DNA of 64,000 nucleotides from an uncultured Desulfarculus sp. GTDB lineage: Bacteria > Desulfobacterota > Desulfarculia > Desulfarculales > Desulfarculaceae. Below are positions 27,979 through 41,196 of this stretch, piece by piece. The stretch is from assembly GCA_963665125.2 (NCBI GenBank), contig CAXXUK010000001.1:544001-608000 (forward strand), read 5' to 3'. Position numbers and translations under genes: made by a program. The first letter of the stretch is position 1. The number at the start of each line of letters is the position of its first letter. The notes under the pieces were generated by a model. It was not told the DNA's origin. It did not search any database and was given only the letters and a program-made list of their open reading frames with translations.

Positions 27979-29164
27979 ATTTGTAGCGTTCGAACGCCCG
28001 GCGCAGCTTGTCCGAGGCGCCCTTGTTGCGCCACCACCAGATGCCGCCGGCCGGAATGCCCAGGCCGATGAGGCTAACCACCAGTTTGCTGAATACGCCG
28101 GGGCCGCTGCCGGCGGTTGAAGCCGGAGCGCCTTGCAGGCCGGTCATCAGCCCGCCGATAATCAGGGCCAGCAGGATCAGACCGATCGACGATCCGCCAA
28201 TGATCAGGGCCTGCTTGCGGCTGATTTTGTCCAGGCTGAATTTTGGCAGGCGCATCTTGGCGGCCGCGTTGGCCCTTGACGGCTTTGGTTTGGCCTGGGC
28301 CGGTTTTTTCCTGCGGGCCATGGACGGCCTGGGAGCCGGTTGGTCCTGGCCGGGCAGGGGATGATCCAGAATGATGGGCTCCTGGGGCTGGCCCGTCGGA
28401 CCCATGAACGCAGGTTCCTGGGTGGGCAGGGGTTGGGTGGCCGGTTTACGAGTGTAGCGGCCGCACTCCACCACGATGGCCGAGGCGCAGTCCGCTTCCA
28501 AGCCGCCGCGCTCCATGGCCAGATTGACCATGTCCACGCAGGCCTGGTTCAGGTCTTCGGTCTGCTCCAATGTTTCTGACATCTCGGCGTCGCCCACCCG
28601 GCTGTGCAGGCCGTTGCTGCAAATGACGAATATCTGGCCGTCCCGTACCTGCTCCACGCTCAGGTCTATCTGCATGGCCGGGTCCTTGCCCAACCGCCGG
28701 GTGAGGGCTATGCCCACGGCGTGGTCTTCGGTGAGCTGCTTGAGTCTGCCTTCTTGCAGGCGGTAGGCCCGGCAGTCGCCAACATGGCCCAGCACGGTAA
28801 AATCGTCGGTAAAGACCATGGCCGTCAAAGTGGCGCCCATGGGGGTCTCACCGGCCATTCGCAGCAGCCTGGCGTTGGCCTTTTGCATTGATTCCTTGAG
28901 CAACTCGCTGAGTTCAAGCTCGCTGAAGTTGCGGTCTCGCAGATTGTAAATGCGGGCCACCAAGAGGCTTTTGATCATGCCCGTGGCCGCCTGGGCCGCC
29001 CGTAGGCCGCCGAGGCCCTCGCCCATGCCGTCGGCCACCGCCGCCACGGCGCGCACGTTGCCGCCGCTGAGCACATGGCTGAAGAACAGGTCGTCCTCAT
29101 ATGCCGTGCCCCGGCCCACGCCCGCGTAATAAGCCCCGGTCAGCTTTTTCTGGCCCGAGCCCAT
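27977..29164 (-). CDS. PP2C/PPM-family phosphatase-like protein with Pro-rich linker and two C-terminal TM helices
   Basis: VADGMG, MGATLT, HVGDCRAY, QLTEDH; CSNGL replaces CSDGL. Confidence 0.85.
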   Translation of the reverse strand: MGSGQKKLTGAYYAGVGRGTAYEDDLFFSHVLSGGNVRAVAAVADGMGEGLGGLRAAQAATGMIKSLLVARIYNLRDRNFSELELSELLKESMQKANARLLRMAGETPMGATLTAMVFTDDFTVLGHVGDCRAYRLQEGRLKQLTEDHAVGIALTRRLGKDPAMQIDLSVEQVRDGQIFVICSNGLHSRVGDAEMSETLEQTEDLNQACVDMVNLAMERGGLEADCASAIVVECGRYTRKPATQPLPTQEPAFMGPTGQPQEPIILDHPLPGQDQPAPRPSMARRKKPAQAKPKPSRANAAAKMRLPKFSLDKISRKQALIIGGSSIGLILLALIIGGLMTGLQGAPASTAGSGPGVFSKLVVSLIGLGIPAGGIWWWRNKGASDKLRRAFERYK

Positions 29165-29183
29165 GTCACCCTCCGTAGGATGT

Positions 29184-29990
29184 TCAATGCTTGACATAAA
29201 TCGTCAGTTTCTGACCCACCTGGATGTTGTTGTTGCGCAGGCCGTTCCAGCGTTTGATGGCCGTGATGGTGACGTTGTAGCGCCGAGAGATCAGGCTGAG
29301 AGTCTGGCCGCTGCGCACCGTATGGGTGATTTTTTCAGTGGCGCTGGTTGGGGCCTTGGTTGGTTGGGGCGTGGGTGTGGCCGTTGCCGTTGCCGTGGCC
29401 TTTGGCTCCGGCGTGGTCTGGGCCAGGGCTATAGCCGGTGCGGACGTGGCCCTTGCGGGTGGCAGCGGTTTGTCTTCCTGTCTTTGGGCGGCTTTTGCTT
29501 CGGCGGACTGGGCCTGCGTCAGTCGACGCTGGTCCTGCTCAAGGGCGTCGATTTTGGCTGAAAGGCTTACTACCTTGCGCCGCAGCAGGGAAATCGACGC
29601 CGTATGGCTTTTTTTGTCCGGCGGGCCCAGGGGAGAAACCTCGAACTCCGCGATTCGGTTGGACAGATTGTCAATCTGGGCCTGGATCGGCTGCATATTG
29701 GCCCCGTCGGCCACGACTACGGCGCCGGGGGTGGTCCAAAGGGCCCAAAGGCTGATCACCAGCGCCCCGGCGGCCATCAACAGGGCCACCAGACCCAGGG
29801 GCGGCATGTTGTTTTTGGCGGCGCTTGGGACAGGTTTTGCTTCCGTTTGTTCCTCTGCCGGGTCCATGGACGGTCCGCCGTTGTCTTTTAGTGAGAAATC
29901 GCTACTGCCCAGGCCGGGGCCCTTTGGCCCGGCGGCGGGAGAAATATCATCGAGTCCCAGGCTGCCCGGTGTTTTGTTTTTGTCGTCCAT
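29184..29990 (-). CDS. Membrane-anchored LysM-domain protein
   Basis: TM helix, coiled coil, Thr/Ala/Pro linker, HTVRSGQTLSLISRRY...IKRWNGL...IQVGQKL. Confidence 0.9.
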   Translation of the reverse strand: MDDKNKTPGSLGLDDISPAAGPKGPGLGSSDFSLKDNGGPSMDPAEEQTEAKPVPSAAKNNMPPLGLVALLMAAGALVISLWALWTTPGAVVVADGANMQPIQAQIDNLSNRIAEFEVSPLGPPDKKSHTASISLLRRKVVSLSAKIDALEQDQRRLTQAQSAEAKAAQRQEDKPLPPARATSAPAIALAQTTPEPKATATATATPTPQPTKAPTSATEKITHTVRSGQTLSLISRRYNVTITAIKRWNGLRNNNIQVGQKLTIYVKH

Positions 29991-30055
29991 GCAGTCTCCA
30001 AGTGAACAAAATAGTTTTAAATTTATAACACTTGCTGGTACAGCCAATCAACCTG

Positions 30056-30700
30056 TCACCAGTCGCGCACCGGGCACTTTTCGCACAACGGCTTGCTTTT
30101 TTTGCAATAATGTTTGCCCAGCATCACCAAAAGCGCATGGAACTCATTATATAGACCGGCATCGGCCGAAAGATTTTCCATGAATATCTCCTGCAACTCA
30201 AAATAACTCATGGATTCATCGGCCAGATCGTGGCGGGCCAGAATGCGGAAGGTGTAGGCATCAACAACGAAGATGGGCAAACCCCCGGCGTACAACAGCA
30301 TGCTGTCGGCCGTCTCCGGGCCGATTCCCTTGACGCCCAGTAGCTGCCTCCGGGCCCGGTCCAGGGGCTGGCCGAACAGCGAGTCCAGATCTCCGCCGTG
30401 TTCGGCCTGGACCATGGCTAGCAGGTTGCGCAGACGGGCCGCCTTGATATTGTAATATCCCGAGGGACGGATAAGCTCAGCCAACCTGGCTTGATCCATA
30501 TCCAGCATGGCCCGGACGCTCAGGCTGCCCGCTTGTTTGAGGTTGGCTATGGCCTTTTCCACGTTGGTCCAGTTGGTGTTTTGGGTCAGCACCGCACCGA
30601 CCATGACCTCAAGCGGCGTCTCGCCGGGCCACCAATTCTGGGGCCCGAAATGTCCGTGCAGCAGTTTGAAAAGCTGTTGTAACCTGTCGCCGGTGTTCAT
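30056..30700 (-). CDS. Endonuclease III-related HhH-GPD protein with Fe-S motif
   Basis: WWPGETPLEVMVGAVLTQNT, KGIGPETADS, FVVDAY, CKKSKPLCEKCPV. Confidence 0.9.
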   Translation of the reverse strand: MNTGDRLQQLFKLLHGHFGPQNWWPGETPLEVMVGAVLTQNTNWTNVEKAIANLKQAGSLSVRAMLDMDQARLAELIRPSGYYNIKAARLRNLLAMVQAEHGGDLDSLFGQPLDRARRQLLGVKGIGPETADSMLLYAGGLPIFVVDAYTFRILARHDLADESMSYFELQEIFMENLSADAGLYNEFHALLVMLGKHYCKKSKPLCEKCPVRDW

Positions 30701-30866
30701 TTCTCCTCCCGTTGCCATACCGGGCAAGTTAGCATGGCCCAGGCCGCCGCGCCAGCAAAGTCGCCTTGACATTAAACCATGGAGACGTATACATATCGTT
30801 GATCTTATGGCCTGGTAACGGTAAATTTGCCCATTGCTCCCCAACCAAGACGGAAAGGCCCCGAAA

Positions 30867-32915
<2,049 letters not shown>

Positions 32916-32938
32916 CCGCCGCACGTTTCGCATCAGCT

Positions 32939-32970
32939 CGGCCACCCTGAAATAGGGTGGCCGTTGTATT
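32939..32970 (+). terminator. Terminator after fusA
   Basis: CGGCCACCCT-GAAAT-AGGGTGGCCG then TTGTATTT. Confidence 0.7.
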
Positions 32971-33198
32971 TACACTCAGTAATCATACCGCGTTGGCATA
33001 TTATGGAGCGATTTAAATCCTACGGCTTGACCGGCGATTTGTGACGGAATAACATGATAACAAGGGGGAGGAAATAATATGGGAACATTGGATTAACTGT
33101 CGGCTTACAAGATAAGAGTGGAGATTTTGCGATAAAAAATTGGACCTGCGGCGGCCATCGAAGCCGATAAAAAGCGGGAGAAAGTTATTCCTAACAAA

Positions 33199-33525
33199 AT
33201 GTTGAATATTTTGTGGCTTGGCCTGGTTTTGGCCCTTTTCATGGTCCAACCGGCGATGGCCGATGATGGTGGCGGGCAACCTCCCGAGGGTGTGACGGTT
33301 GAGACCGGCACGGATAACGCCCCGGGGCAATCCGATGGCCGCTATACCCATGGTTGCACAGTGATATGCCACTACTCCCAGGGGCCTTGCGGCTGGGCCT
33401 CGGCCAAGAGCAACCAACACAGCACCAGCGAACTATGTAATGTCGCGCGCCGATACGCCAGCAATGCGTGCTACCAGTCAAACAAGACCCCGGTCACCGG
33501 TTGCTATATCCACAATTCCTGGTAG
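33199..33525 (+). CDS. Small secreted six-cysteine hypothetical protein
   Basis: Signal peptide ending PAMA; acidic Gly-rich linker; six Cys including CTVICH. Start codon uncertain. Confidence 0.65.
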   Translation: MLNILWLGLVLALFMVQPAMADDGGGQPPEGVTVETGTDNAPGQSDGRYTHGCTVICHYSQGPCGWASAKSNQHSTSELCNVARRYASNACYQSNKTPVTGCYIHNSW

Positions 33526-33675
33526 GTTGGCGGGCGCTGATTTAATGAGCGTGTTCGTTTGGACGATGCGGCGGGAACTCCTTCATGCCGTGACGTAGGC
33601 ATAGCATGGCGGGGCGTACGCCATGTTCCCGTTGTATTTCGGGGTCATTCCCACTTTGTTTGTGGGGGAATCGGT

Positions 33676-35112
33676 TTATTCTTCGCCTGGCAGCTTGGGG
33701 CCCTTTTCCTTGTCTTTTTTCTCGTTCGTATCGTTGAGCGCATCAAGCTCTTTTTGGGCCTCGGCCTTGAGTTCCGGGTTGTCGTCCAGGCTGCGCACGG
33801 CCCTTTCGAAATGATACTGGGCGGTCTTCATATTGCCTTCGGTTTTGAAAGCCATGCCCAGTTGGTACGACGCCTCGCCGTGACGGCCCAGGCGGCCCAG
33901 GGCCATGCCCAGCATCCGCCTTGCCTCGATGTTGTCCGGGATGGTTTCAAGCACTCGCTTGAAGGCATGCACGGCAACCGAATAGTCGCCGCTCTGCATG
34001 TAGGCTTCGCCAAGGGCAAAGAGGACCGACGGATCGCCCGGCCTTTTGGTCAGGGCCTTGTCCAAAATGAACTGGGCCTCCTTGAAATTGCCCAGGCGGA
34101 CCAGGCAGAGGCCCTTTTCCTTTTGGACCCAGGCCGCGTCCGGCAGCATCTTCAGAACCTTGTCAAAAGAATTAAGGGCCTGCTTATAGTCGCGGCGGCG
34201 CATGTCCAAAAGGCCCAGGCCGTACAGCGGAATGGGGTCGTCGGGGTGTTGGCGGTACATGGCCTGCAAGTTGGCCTGGGCATGATCAACGTCCTCGTAT
34301 AAGGCGATGAGCCTCACCTTGATCCGCTGAAATTCACTGTTGTCAAACTTGGCGCCCTTGCGGGTGTCCCGGCGGGCCATCTGCTCGATGGCCTCCATGC
34401 GTTCAGGGCTCTGGGGGTGGGTGCGCATGTAGGTGGGCACGTTGACGCCCATCTGCTGTTCGAGCTTCCACATACGGCCAAAGGTGTTGGCCATTTCCGT
34501 GCCGGGATATCCGGCGTCGGTCATGATTTTGTATCCGGCCCAGTCGGCCTCCGACTCGTCCTGGCGGCTGTAGGCCAATTGCGCCTGGATATTGCCGGCC
34601 ATGGAGCCCATGGCCAGGGCCGAGCCAAGCTGGGGGGCGCCGGCCAGGGCGCCCAGAAGCAGCCCGGCGACAACACCGGCCATGGACAGGGCCTGGGCCG
34701 GAGCGGCCTTTTCCATGCGTTTGGCTATATGTCGCCGCCAGACGTGCCCCATTTCGTGAGCCATGATGCCGGCCAACTCGGCCTCGTTTTCCAGGGAGGT
34801 GATCATGCCCCGGTAAAAGAAGATATAGCCGCCGGGAATGGCAAAGGCGTTTATTTCGTCGGAGTCGGCCACGTAAAAGTGGTAGTCAAAGCGCTTTTCC
34901 GGCAGGAATTCGACAAGGTTTTTGCCCAGGTTGTTGATATAGCGCATGACCTCTGGATCGGTGACCATGGGAATGGAGTGCATGATCTCGTTGTAGGTCT
35001 CGCGGCCCAGCTTGCGCTCTTCCTCTGTGGTCATCATGGCCCCGGCTGGCGCGGGAATGGTTCCAATGATTACCGCCACGGTCAGAATGTAGCTCAGCGC
35101 TCGCCGGATCAT
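33676..35112 (-). CDS. M48 metalloprotease with TPR repeats (BepA/YfgC-like)
   Basis: INAFAIPGG, AHEMGH, YSRQDESEAD, THP, TPR C-terminus. Confidence 0.9.
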   Translation of the reverse strand: MIRRALSYILTVAVIIGTIPAPAGAMMTTEEERKLGRETYNEIMHSIPMVTDPEVMRYINNLGKNLVEFLPEKRFDYHFYVADSDEINAFAIPGGYIFFYRGMITSLENEAELAGIMAHEMGHVWRRHIAKRMEKAAPAQALSMAGVVAGLLLGALAGAPQLGSALAMGSMAGNIQAQLAYSRQDESEADWAGYKIMTDAGYPGTEMANTFGRMWKLEQQMGVNVPTYMRTHPQSPERMEAIEQMARRDTRKGAKFDNSEFQRIKVRLIALYEDVDHAQANLQAMYRQHPDDPIPLYGLGLLDMRRRDYKQALNSFDKVLKMLPDAAWVQKEKGLCLVRLGNFKEAQFILDKALTKRPGDPSVLFALGEAYMQSGDYSVAVHAFKRVLETIPDNIEARRMLGMALGRLGRHGEASYQLGMAFKTEGNMKTAQYHFERAVRSLDDNPELKAEAQKELDALNDTNEKKDKEKGPKLPGEE

Positions 35113-35126
35113 GATACTCCTTTGTT

Positions 35127-36671
35127 TTATTTATATAAACAGCAGCCGGTCATCTGCTCCGGCTGTTCAAGGCCCAGCAATCCCAGCAGGGTGGGGGATA
35201 CGTCGCACAAGGCCCCCGGTTTGAGAGTGGCGTGGGGATTGTCCGGGTCTATCAATATCAGCGGCACCGGGTTACTTACCGTGTGGGCGGTATAGGGGCC
35301 GCCGGTGGCCGGATCTATCATCTGTTCGGCGTTGCCGTGGTCAGCGGTCAGAACAACCTTGCCGCCGGCCTTGAGCACCGCCGGGATGACCTGGCTCAGG
35401 CTCTTGTCCAGGGTCACCACGGCTTGGCGGGCGGCCTCGTACACGCCGGTGTGGCCCACCATGTCGCCGTTGGCGTAGTTTATGATGATGAGGTCGTATT
35501 TGCCCGAATCAATGCGTTTGAGGACCTCCTCGGTGACCTCGGGCGCGCTCATCTGGGGCTTTTGGTCGTAGGTCTCCACCTCGCTGGGCGAGGGGATCAG
35601 CACCCGGTCTTCGCCCTGGACCGGCTCTTCCCGGCCACCGTTGAAAAAGAACGTCACATGGGCGTATTTTTCGGTCTCGGCGATATGGAGCTGTTTGCCG
35701 CCGGCGTTGCTGATCACGTCGGCCAGGGTCATATCGATGGTCTGGGGCGGGAAGGCCACGGGCATGTTGAGGTGTTCGTCATACTGGGTCATGCAGACGT
35801 AGCTGGAAAGCTCGGGCTTGTCCGAGACGTCAAATCCGTCAAAGCCCGGCTGGTTGAAGGCCCAGGTGAACTCCCTGGCCCGGTCGGCTCGGAAGTTGAA
35901 GAAGATCACGGCATCGCCGTCAAGGATTTTGCCCACCGGCCGGCCTTCCATGTCTTCTATCACAATGGGCTCGATGAACTCGTCGTACTGCTGCCTGGAG
36001 TAGGCCTCCTCCACGGCGGCCACCGGATCGGCCTGCATGTCGCCCTGGCCCCGGACTATGGCGTTCCAGCCCTTTTCCACGCGTTCCCAGCGCTTGTCGC
36101 GGTCCATGGCCCAGAATCGGCCGCTGACGCTGGCGATGTCAGCCTGGGGATAGGCGTTGATAAACTCCTCCAACTGGCGCAGGTAGCCCACGCCCGAATC
36201 GGGCGGAGTATCCCGGCCGTCGAGAATGGCGTGCACGTGGATGCGCTTGACGCCGTTTTGGGCCGCCAAGTCAATCAGCGACTCCAGATGCGTTTGGAGC
36301 GAGTGAACGCCGCCGTCGCTGACCAGGCCGATGAGGTGCAGGGCCTTGCCGTGGGTCTCCACGGCCTTGATTGCGCCCATTATGGCCTCGTTTTTGGGCA
36401 GTTCGCCGTCGCGGATGGCCTTGGAGATGCGGGTGATGTCTTGATAAATGACCCGGCCCGAGCCCAGGTTGAGGTGCCCCACCTCGGAGTTACCCATCTG
36501 GCCCTCAGGCAGGCCAACGGCCTCGCCGTAGCAGAGAATTTCGGTATGGGGCCATTTGGCGAAAAGCGAATCAATATAGGGCGTGTCGGCTCCGATCACG
36601 GCATTGCCGTTTTCATCGGGAGCAATGCCGAAACCATCGAGAATTATCAGTACAACGGGCTTGTTGCTCAT
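35127..36671 (-). CDS. gpmI: 2,3-BPG-independent phosphoglycerate mutase
   Basis: LIILDG, QMGNSEVGH, AETEKYAHVT, DMVGHTG, TADHGN. Confidence 0.97.
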   Translation of the reverse strand: MSNKPVVLIILDGFGIAPDENGNAVIGADTPYIDSLFAKWPHTEILCYGEAVGLPEGQMGNSEVGHLNLGSGRVIYQDITRISKAIRDGELPKNEAIMGAIKAVETHGKALHLIGLVSDGGVHSLQTHLESLIDLAAQNGVKRIHVHAILDGRDTPPDSGVGYLRQLEEFINAYPQADIASVSGRFWAMDRDKRWERVEKGWNAIVRGQGDMQADPVAAVEEAYSRQQYDEFIEPIVIEDMEGRPVGKILDGDAVIFFNFRADRAREFTWAFNQPGFDGFDVSDKPELSSYVCMTQYDEHLNMPVAFPPQTIDMTLADVISNAGGKQLHIAETEKYAHVTFFFNGGREEPVQGEDRVLIPSPSEVETYDQKPQMSAPEVTEEVLKRIDSGKYDLIIINYANGDMVGHTGVYEAARQAVVTLDKSLSQVIPAVLKAGGKVVLTADHGNAEQMIDPATGGPYTAHTVSNPVPLILIDPDNPHATLKPGALCDVSPTLLGLLGLEQPEQMTGCCLYK

Positions 36672-36675
36672 AAAG

Positions 36676-37125
36676 TCAGTCCCAGACGATGCCCGCGGAG
36701 TGTTGGTCGGCCTCCGGCGGTAAAATGGAATTCAGTTCCTTGAAGTCCAGTTCCATGCGCGGTGCGTCGCCCCAGAGTGACTCCAGGTCATAAAATTCGC
36801 GCACCGGCTGGTGAAAGACGTGGACAACCACGTCGCCGAAGTCCAACAGCGCCCAGCGGCCCTCCCGGACGCCTTCTTCGCCGATGGCCTGCCTGCCCGA
36901 TTTCTTGAGCACCCTGGAGATGTTTTCGGCGATGGCCCGAGCCTGGCGTGTGGACCGCCCACTGGCCAGCAAAAAGTAGTCGGCATACCCGGTCAGGGGA
37001 CCCACTTCCAGAACGATAATGTCCTCGGCCTTTTTTTGGGCCGCGGCCGCGGCGCAGAGCTTTGCCAAGTCTTCAGGTGTGGTGGGTCTGGGCGGCCGTA
37101 TGCGGGGCTTTGTACGCTCACTCAT
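36676..37125 (-). CDS. rsfS: Ribosome silencing factor
   Basis: KKAEDI, WALLDFGDVVVHVF, REFYDLESLW. Confidence 0.95.
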   Translation of the reverse strand: MSERTKPRIRPPRPTTPEDLAKLCAAAAAQKKAEDIIVLEVGPLTGYADYFLLASGRSTRQARAIAENISRVLKKSGRQAIGEEGVREGRWALLDFGDVVVHVFHQPVREFYDLESLWGDAPRMELDFKELNSILPPEADQHSAGIVWD

Positions 37126-37135
37126 TTGTTCGGTC

Positions 37136-37780
37136 TTAATCCAGATAAAGTTTCATGTCTTTAATATATTCCTCGACCTTCTGGGGCACAAGGAATGATA
37201 TGCTGCGGCCTTTGGCCACTTTGCGCTTGGTATAGGTGCTGGAGACGTCCAAAAGCGTTGTCAGAACCTGACGCACGCCGCCGCCCGAAGGCAGGCGGAT
37301 CCAGCCGTCCTCGGCCGGGGCGAAAGAAGGGTCAATCTTTTCGCGAAGATAATCGCCCATATCCAAACGTGGCGCCCGGGGCCGATCCATGACCACGAAG
37401 TCGGCATGGTCAAACAGGGCCCGTGTTTCATACCAGGTGTGCAGATAGAAAAAGGCGTCCGCGCCGATGATGAAATATATGCTCACCCCGGGGTTTTCAG
37501 CCTTGAGATACTTCAGTGTGTCGATGGTGCGGCTGATGCCGCCGCGCCGGGCCTCAAGGTCGTCGACGATCAACTGGGGATGGCTTTCCACGGCCAGGCG
37601 GCACATGGCCAGGCGGTGTTCCAGGCTGGCCTTGACGTCCTTGCGGTGGGGCGGGGTGGAGCAGGGCATGAACCTCACATTGGGCAGGTCCAGGGCCTCG
37701 GCCACTTCGATGGCCCCCCGCAGATGGGCTATATGGATAGGGTCGAAGGTCCCCCCGAATATGGCGATCTTCCCGTCCAC
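37136..37780 (-). CDS. nadD: Nicotinate-nucleotide adenylyltransferase
   Basis: FGGTFDPIHIAH, PPHR, IIGADA, VSST. Confidence 0.95.
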   Translation of the reverse strand: MDGKIAIFGGTFDPIHIAHLRGAIEVAEALDLPNVRFMPCSTPPHRKDVKASLEHRLAMCRLAVESHPQLIVDDLEARRGGISRTIDTLKYLKAENPGVSIYFIIGADAFFYLHTWYETRALFDHADFVVMDRPRAPRLDMGDYLREKIDPSFAPAEDGWIRLPSGGGVRQVLTTLLDVSSTYTKRKVAKGRSISFLVPQKVEEYIKDMKLYLD

Positions 37781-39036
37781 TAGGAGCGCACCTGACCCTG
37801 GCCAAAGGCGATGAATTTGGTGGTGGTCAGCTCGGCCAGGCCCATGGGCCCGAAGGCGTGCAGCTTGCTGGTGTTGATGCCGATCTCCGCGCCAAGGCCA
37901 AGCTGGCCGCCGTCGTTGAAGCGCGTGGAGGCGTTGACTATGACCAGGGAGCTGTCCACGCTGTCGATGAAGCGGCGGGCCCGCTGGTAGTCGCTGGTGA
38001 TGATGGCCTCGGTGTGCTGGGAGCCGTACTTGGCGATATGGTCCATGGCCGCGTCCATGTCGGGCACCACCTTCACCGCCAGGATCAGGTCCAGGAATTC
38101 GGCGGGCCAGTCTTCTTCAACGGCGGGCACGGCCTCGGGCACGATTGCCAGCGTTTGAGGGCAACCTCTCAGCTCAACGCCCTGGGCCTTCATGGCCGCG
38201 GCGCATTTGGGCAGAAATTCGCCGGCGATTGCCTCGTGCACCAGCATGGTCTCCAGGGCGTTGCACACGCCGGGCCGGTGGCACTTGGAATTGATGCAGA
38301 TATCCACGGCCATGTCCATGTCGGCGCTTTGGTCCACAAAGGCGTGACACACTCCCTTGTAGTGCTTGAGCACAGGGATGCGCGACTCGTTGGCCACGAA
38401 GCGGATCAGGCTTTCGCCGCCCCTGGGGATGATCACGTCCACCAGTTCGTCCTGCTTCAAGAGGGCCAGGGTGGCCGCCCGGTCGGTGGTGGCGATGACC
38501 TGCACCGCGTCGACGGGCAGGCTGTTGGCCGTAAGGGCCTCGGCGATGATCTTGTTCAGGGCCAGGTTGGAGTTGATGGCCTCCTTGCCGCCTTTGAGGA
38601 CCACTGCGTTGCCGCTTTTCAGGCAAAGGGCCGCCGAGTCGATGGTCACGTTGGGCCGGGACTCGTAGATGAAGCCGATGACGCCCAGGGGAATGCGCTG
38701 GCGGCCCACCTGCAAGCCATTGGGCCGGCGCCACATGGCCACGACTTCGCCTACGGGGTCAGGCAGGGCGGCCACTTCGCGCAGGCCTTGGGCCATGGAG
38801 GCGATGACCGCGTCGGAAAGGGTAAGGCGGTCGATCATTGCCGAGGTGAGTCCGGCCTGTCGGCCCGCGTCCACATCCTTGGCGTTTTCGGCCTGGATCT
38901 GGGCCTTGTTGTTTTCCAGGGCCACAGCCATGTCCAACAGGGCCTGGTTTTTTTTGTCCGTGGGGGCCACGGCTATTTTTCGGGCCGCTTGACGGGCCTT
39001 TTGGCAAAGTCCGACAACTAGTTGTTCAACAGACAT
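37780..39036 (-). CDS. proA: Gamma-glutamyl phosphate reductase
   Basis: [33 protein letters not shown]. Confidence 0.97.
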   Translation of the reverse strand: MSVEQLVVGLCQKARQAARKIAVAPTDKKNQALLDMAVALENNKAQIQAENAKDVDAGRQAGLTSAMIDRLTLSDAVIASMAQGLREVAALPDPVGEVVAMWRRPNGLQVGRQRIPLGVIGFIYESRPNVTIDSAALCLKSGNAVVLKGGKEAINSNLALNKIIAEALTANSLPVDAVQVIATTDRAATLALLKQDELVDVIIPRGGESLIRFVANESRIPVLKHYKGVCHAFVDQSADMDMAVDICINSKCHRPGVCNALETMLVHEAIAGEFLPKCAAAMKAQGVELRGCPQTLAIVPEAVPAVEEDWPAEFLDLILAVKVVPDMDAAMDHIAKYGSQHTEAIITSDYQRARRFIDSVDSSLVIVNASTRFNDGGQLGLGAEIGINTSKLHAFGPMGLAELTTTKFIAFGQGQVRS

Positions 39037-40187
39037 TCCAAACTCTCCCCTTCATCAGGTCCGAACACCACCAGGTTGTCGCGGTGGATGACTTCCCCAA
39101 AAAATTTTTGGCCCAACAGGTCTTCGATTTCATTGCTGTGCAGGCCCATAATTTGCTCCAGGTCGCCGCTTGAGTAATTGCTCAAGCCAACAGCCAGGGT
39201 GTGGCCGTCGGGGGCGACGACCTTTACCGCGCCGCCCGGTCCGAATTTGCCGCGCACGCCCATGACTCCGGCGGCCAGGAGACTCTTGCCGCCCCGAGTG
39301 ATGGGTCCTACGGCTCCCTGGTCCACCACTACTTCACCTGTCTGGTTTTGACAAGCGGCAAAGGCGATCCAGTGTTTGCGGCTGGACAGCCTGGTGGTGC
39401 GGGGCAGGAACAGGGTGCCCATATCCTGTCCGGCGAAGATGCCGTCGAGGATGTCGTCCACCAGGCCGTTGGCCACGATGGTGTGGGCTCCACAGCGGGA
39501 AACCTTGTCGGCGGCCTTGACCTTGCTGAAGATGCCGCCGCGGCCCACCGCGCCGGGCTGGGCCGAGGCCGAGTTGAGCAGGGCGCTGTCGACCTTTTCC
39601 ACCACGGCGATGCGTTTGGCCGCGGGATTGGCCCTGGGGTCGGCGTCGAGAATGCCGTCCACGTTGGTCAGGTTGATCAACAACTGGGCGTCCAGCAGGT
39701 TGGTCAGCATGGCCGCCAGGTTGTCATTGTCGCCCAGTTTAATTTCATCAACGGCCACGGTGTCGTTTTCGTTAACCACCGGCAGCACGCCCCACTCGAA
39801 AAGGGTGTTGATGGTGTTGCGCACGTTGAGATAGCGGTGCCGCGAACGCAGATCCCCGGCTGTGAGCAGGATCTGGGCAACCTTGACGCCCCGCGCCTCC
39901 AATACGGTTTCATATTCCTGGATCAGGCGGGACTGGCCCAGGGCCGCGGCGGCCTGCTTTTCGGGTATGGTGTTGAGCTCGCGTTTGCCGATATGGGCCC
40001 TACCGCTGGCAATGGCCCCGGAGGAAACCAACAGAACCTGTCTGCCGGTCTGGAGCAGACGGGCGAGTTGGTCGCCCAGCAGGCGCACCCGTTCCAGGTC
40101 CAGGCCGTTGCCTCCGGCTGTGAGCACGCCCGAGCCAACTTTGACGATGACCCGGCGAACCGAAGAAATGATTTGGTTTCTATTCAT
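39018..40187 (-). CDS. proB: Glutamate 5-kinase with PUA domain
   Basis: [36 protein letters not shown]. Confidence 0.96.
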   Translation of the reverse strand: MNRNQIISSVRRVIVKVGSGVLTAGGNGLDLERVRLLGDQLARLLQTGRQVLLVSSGAIASGRAHIGKRELNTIPEKQAAAALGQSRLIQEYETVLEARGVKVAQILLTAGDLRSRHRYLNVRNTINTLFEWGVLPVVNENDTVAVDEIKLGDNDNLAAMLTNLLDAQLLINLTNVDGILDADPRANPAAKRIAVVEKVDSALLNSASAQPGAVGRGGIFSKVKAADKVSRCGAHTIVANGLVDDILDGIFAGQDMGTLFLPRTTRLSSRKHWIAFAACQNQTGEVVVDQGAVGPITRGGKSLLAAGVMGVRGKFGPGGAVKVVAPDGHTLAVGLSNYSSGDLEQIMGLHSNEIEDLLGQKFFGEVIHRDNLVVFGPDEGESLECLLNN

Positions 40188-41196
40188 CAGCCACCTCGGG
40201 GCTGTTGGAGGCAAAGACGATTTCGTTGATCCGCAGCAATAGTTCCTTGAGCCCCTGGGCCGTCACCGTGGAGCAGGGATATATTTCCAGTCCCTCGGCT
40301 TGGGCAAACTCCCGGAACAGTTCAAGGTTGTCTTCCGCGCCGGGCAGGTCCATCTTGTTGGCGGCTATGACACCGGCCCGGTCGGCCAGGGTCTGGTCAT
40401 AGGCGGCGAGCTCGGTGCGGATCGTTTCAAAATCATTGTAGGGATCGGCGCCGGACATGTCGACGACATAAACAAAGACCCTGGTGCGCTCCACATGCTT
40501 TAAGAACCGCAGCCCAAGGCCCGAGCCCTCGTGGGCGCCTTCCACCAGGCCGGGGATGTCGGCGATGGTGAAGGGTTCGCCTCCGGGCACCTGGGCCACG
40601 CCCAGGCTGGGCGTCAGCGTAGTGAAGGGATAGTCGGCCACCTTGGGCCGGGCCGCGCTGAAAGCCCGCACCAGGCTGGATTTGCCCGCGTTGGGCTGGC
40701 CGATGAGCCCCACCTGGGCCAGGAGTTTGAGCTCCAGGCGCAGACGGCGCTGTTCGCCTTCACCGCCGGGGTTGGCCTCTCTGGGCGCACGGTTGGTGGA
40801 GCTGACAAAATGCATGTTGCCCCAGCCGCCATAGCCGCCCTGGGCCACCACGACTTCCTGGCCGTCCTCGATGATGTCGGCGATGAGTTCATCCGTCTCG
40901 TCGTCGAAGATCAGGGTGCCCACGGGCACCTTGAGGTAGCGGTCCTCGCCGCCGCGGCCGTTTTTCTGGGAGCCCTGGCCGTGGGTGCCGCGTTTGGCCT
41001 TGAAGTGGCGCAGATAACTGTGGTCGGCCAAAGTGGCCACGCGGGTGGTGCCGGTGACGATGACATTGCCGCCCCGTCCACCGTCGCCGCCGTCGGGCCC
41101 GCCCTTGGGGCGGTATTTTTCCCGGCAGAAGCTGACGCAGCCGTCGCCGCCGTTGCCGGCGTACACTTCGATTATGGCTTCATCGATAAACCGCAT
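40180..41196 (-). CDS. obgE: GTPase ObgE
   Basis: [33 protein letters not shown]. Confidence 0.97.
   Translation of the reverse strand: MRFIDEAIIEVYAGNGGDGCVSFCREKYRPKGGPDGGDGGRGGNVIVTGTTRVATLADHSYLRHFKAKRGTHGQGSQKNGRGGEDRYLKVPVGTLIFDDETDELIADIIEDGQEVVVAQGGYGGWGNMHFVSSTNRAPREANPGGEGEQRRLRLELKLLAQVGLIGQPNAGKSSLVRAFSAARPKVADYPFTTLTPSLGVAQVPGGEPFTIADIPGLVEGAHEGSGLGLRFLKHVERTRVFVYVVDMSGADPYNDFETIRTELAAYDQTLADRAGVIAANKMDLPGAEDNLELFREFAQAEGLEIYPCSTVTAQGLKELLLRINEIVFASNSPEVADE

Noticed and set aside
29368..29400. Short (GCCGTT)-type tandem repeat
   Set aside because: Encodes the Thr-Ala linker of the LysM protein; in frame, no sign of phase variation.
35232..40229. Long opposite-strand ORFs (e.g. 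503, 387, 342 aa; likewise 58964-60451)
   Set aside because: Antisense shadows of well-supported genes, expected with GC-rich codon bias; no motifs.
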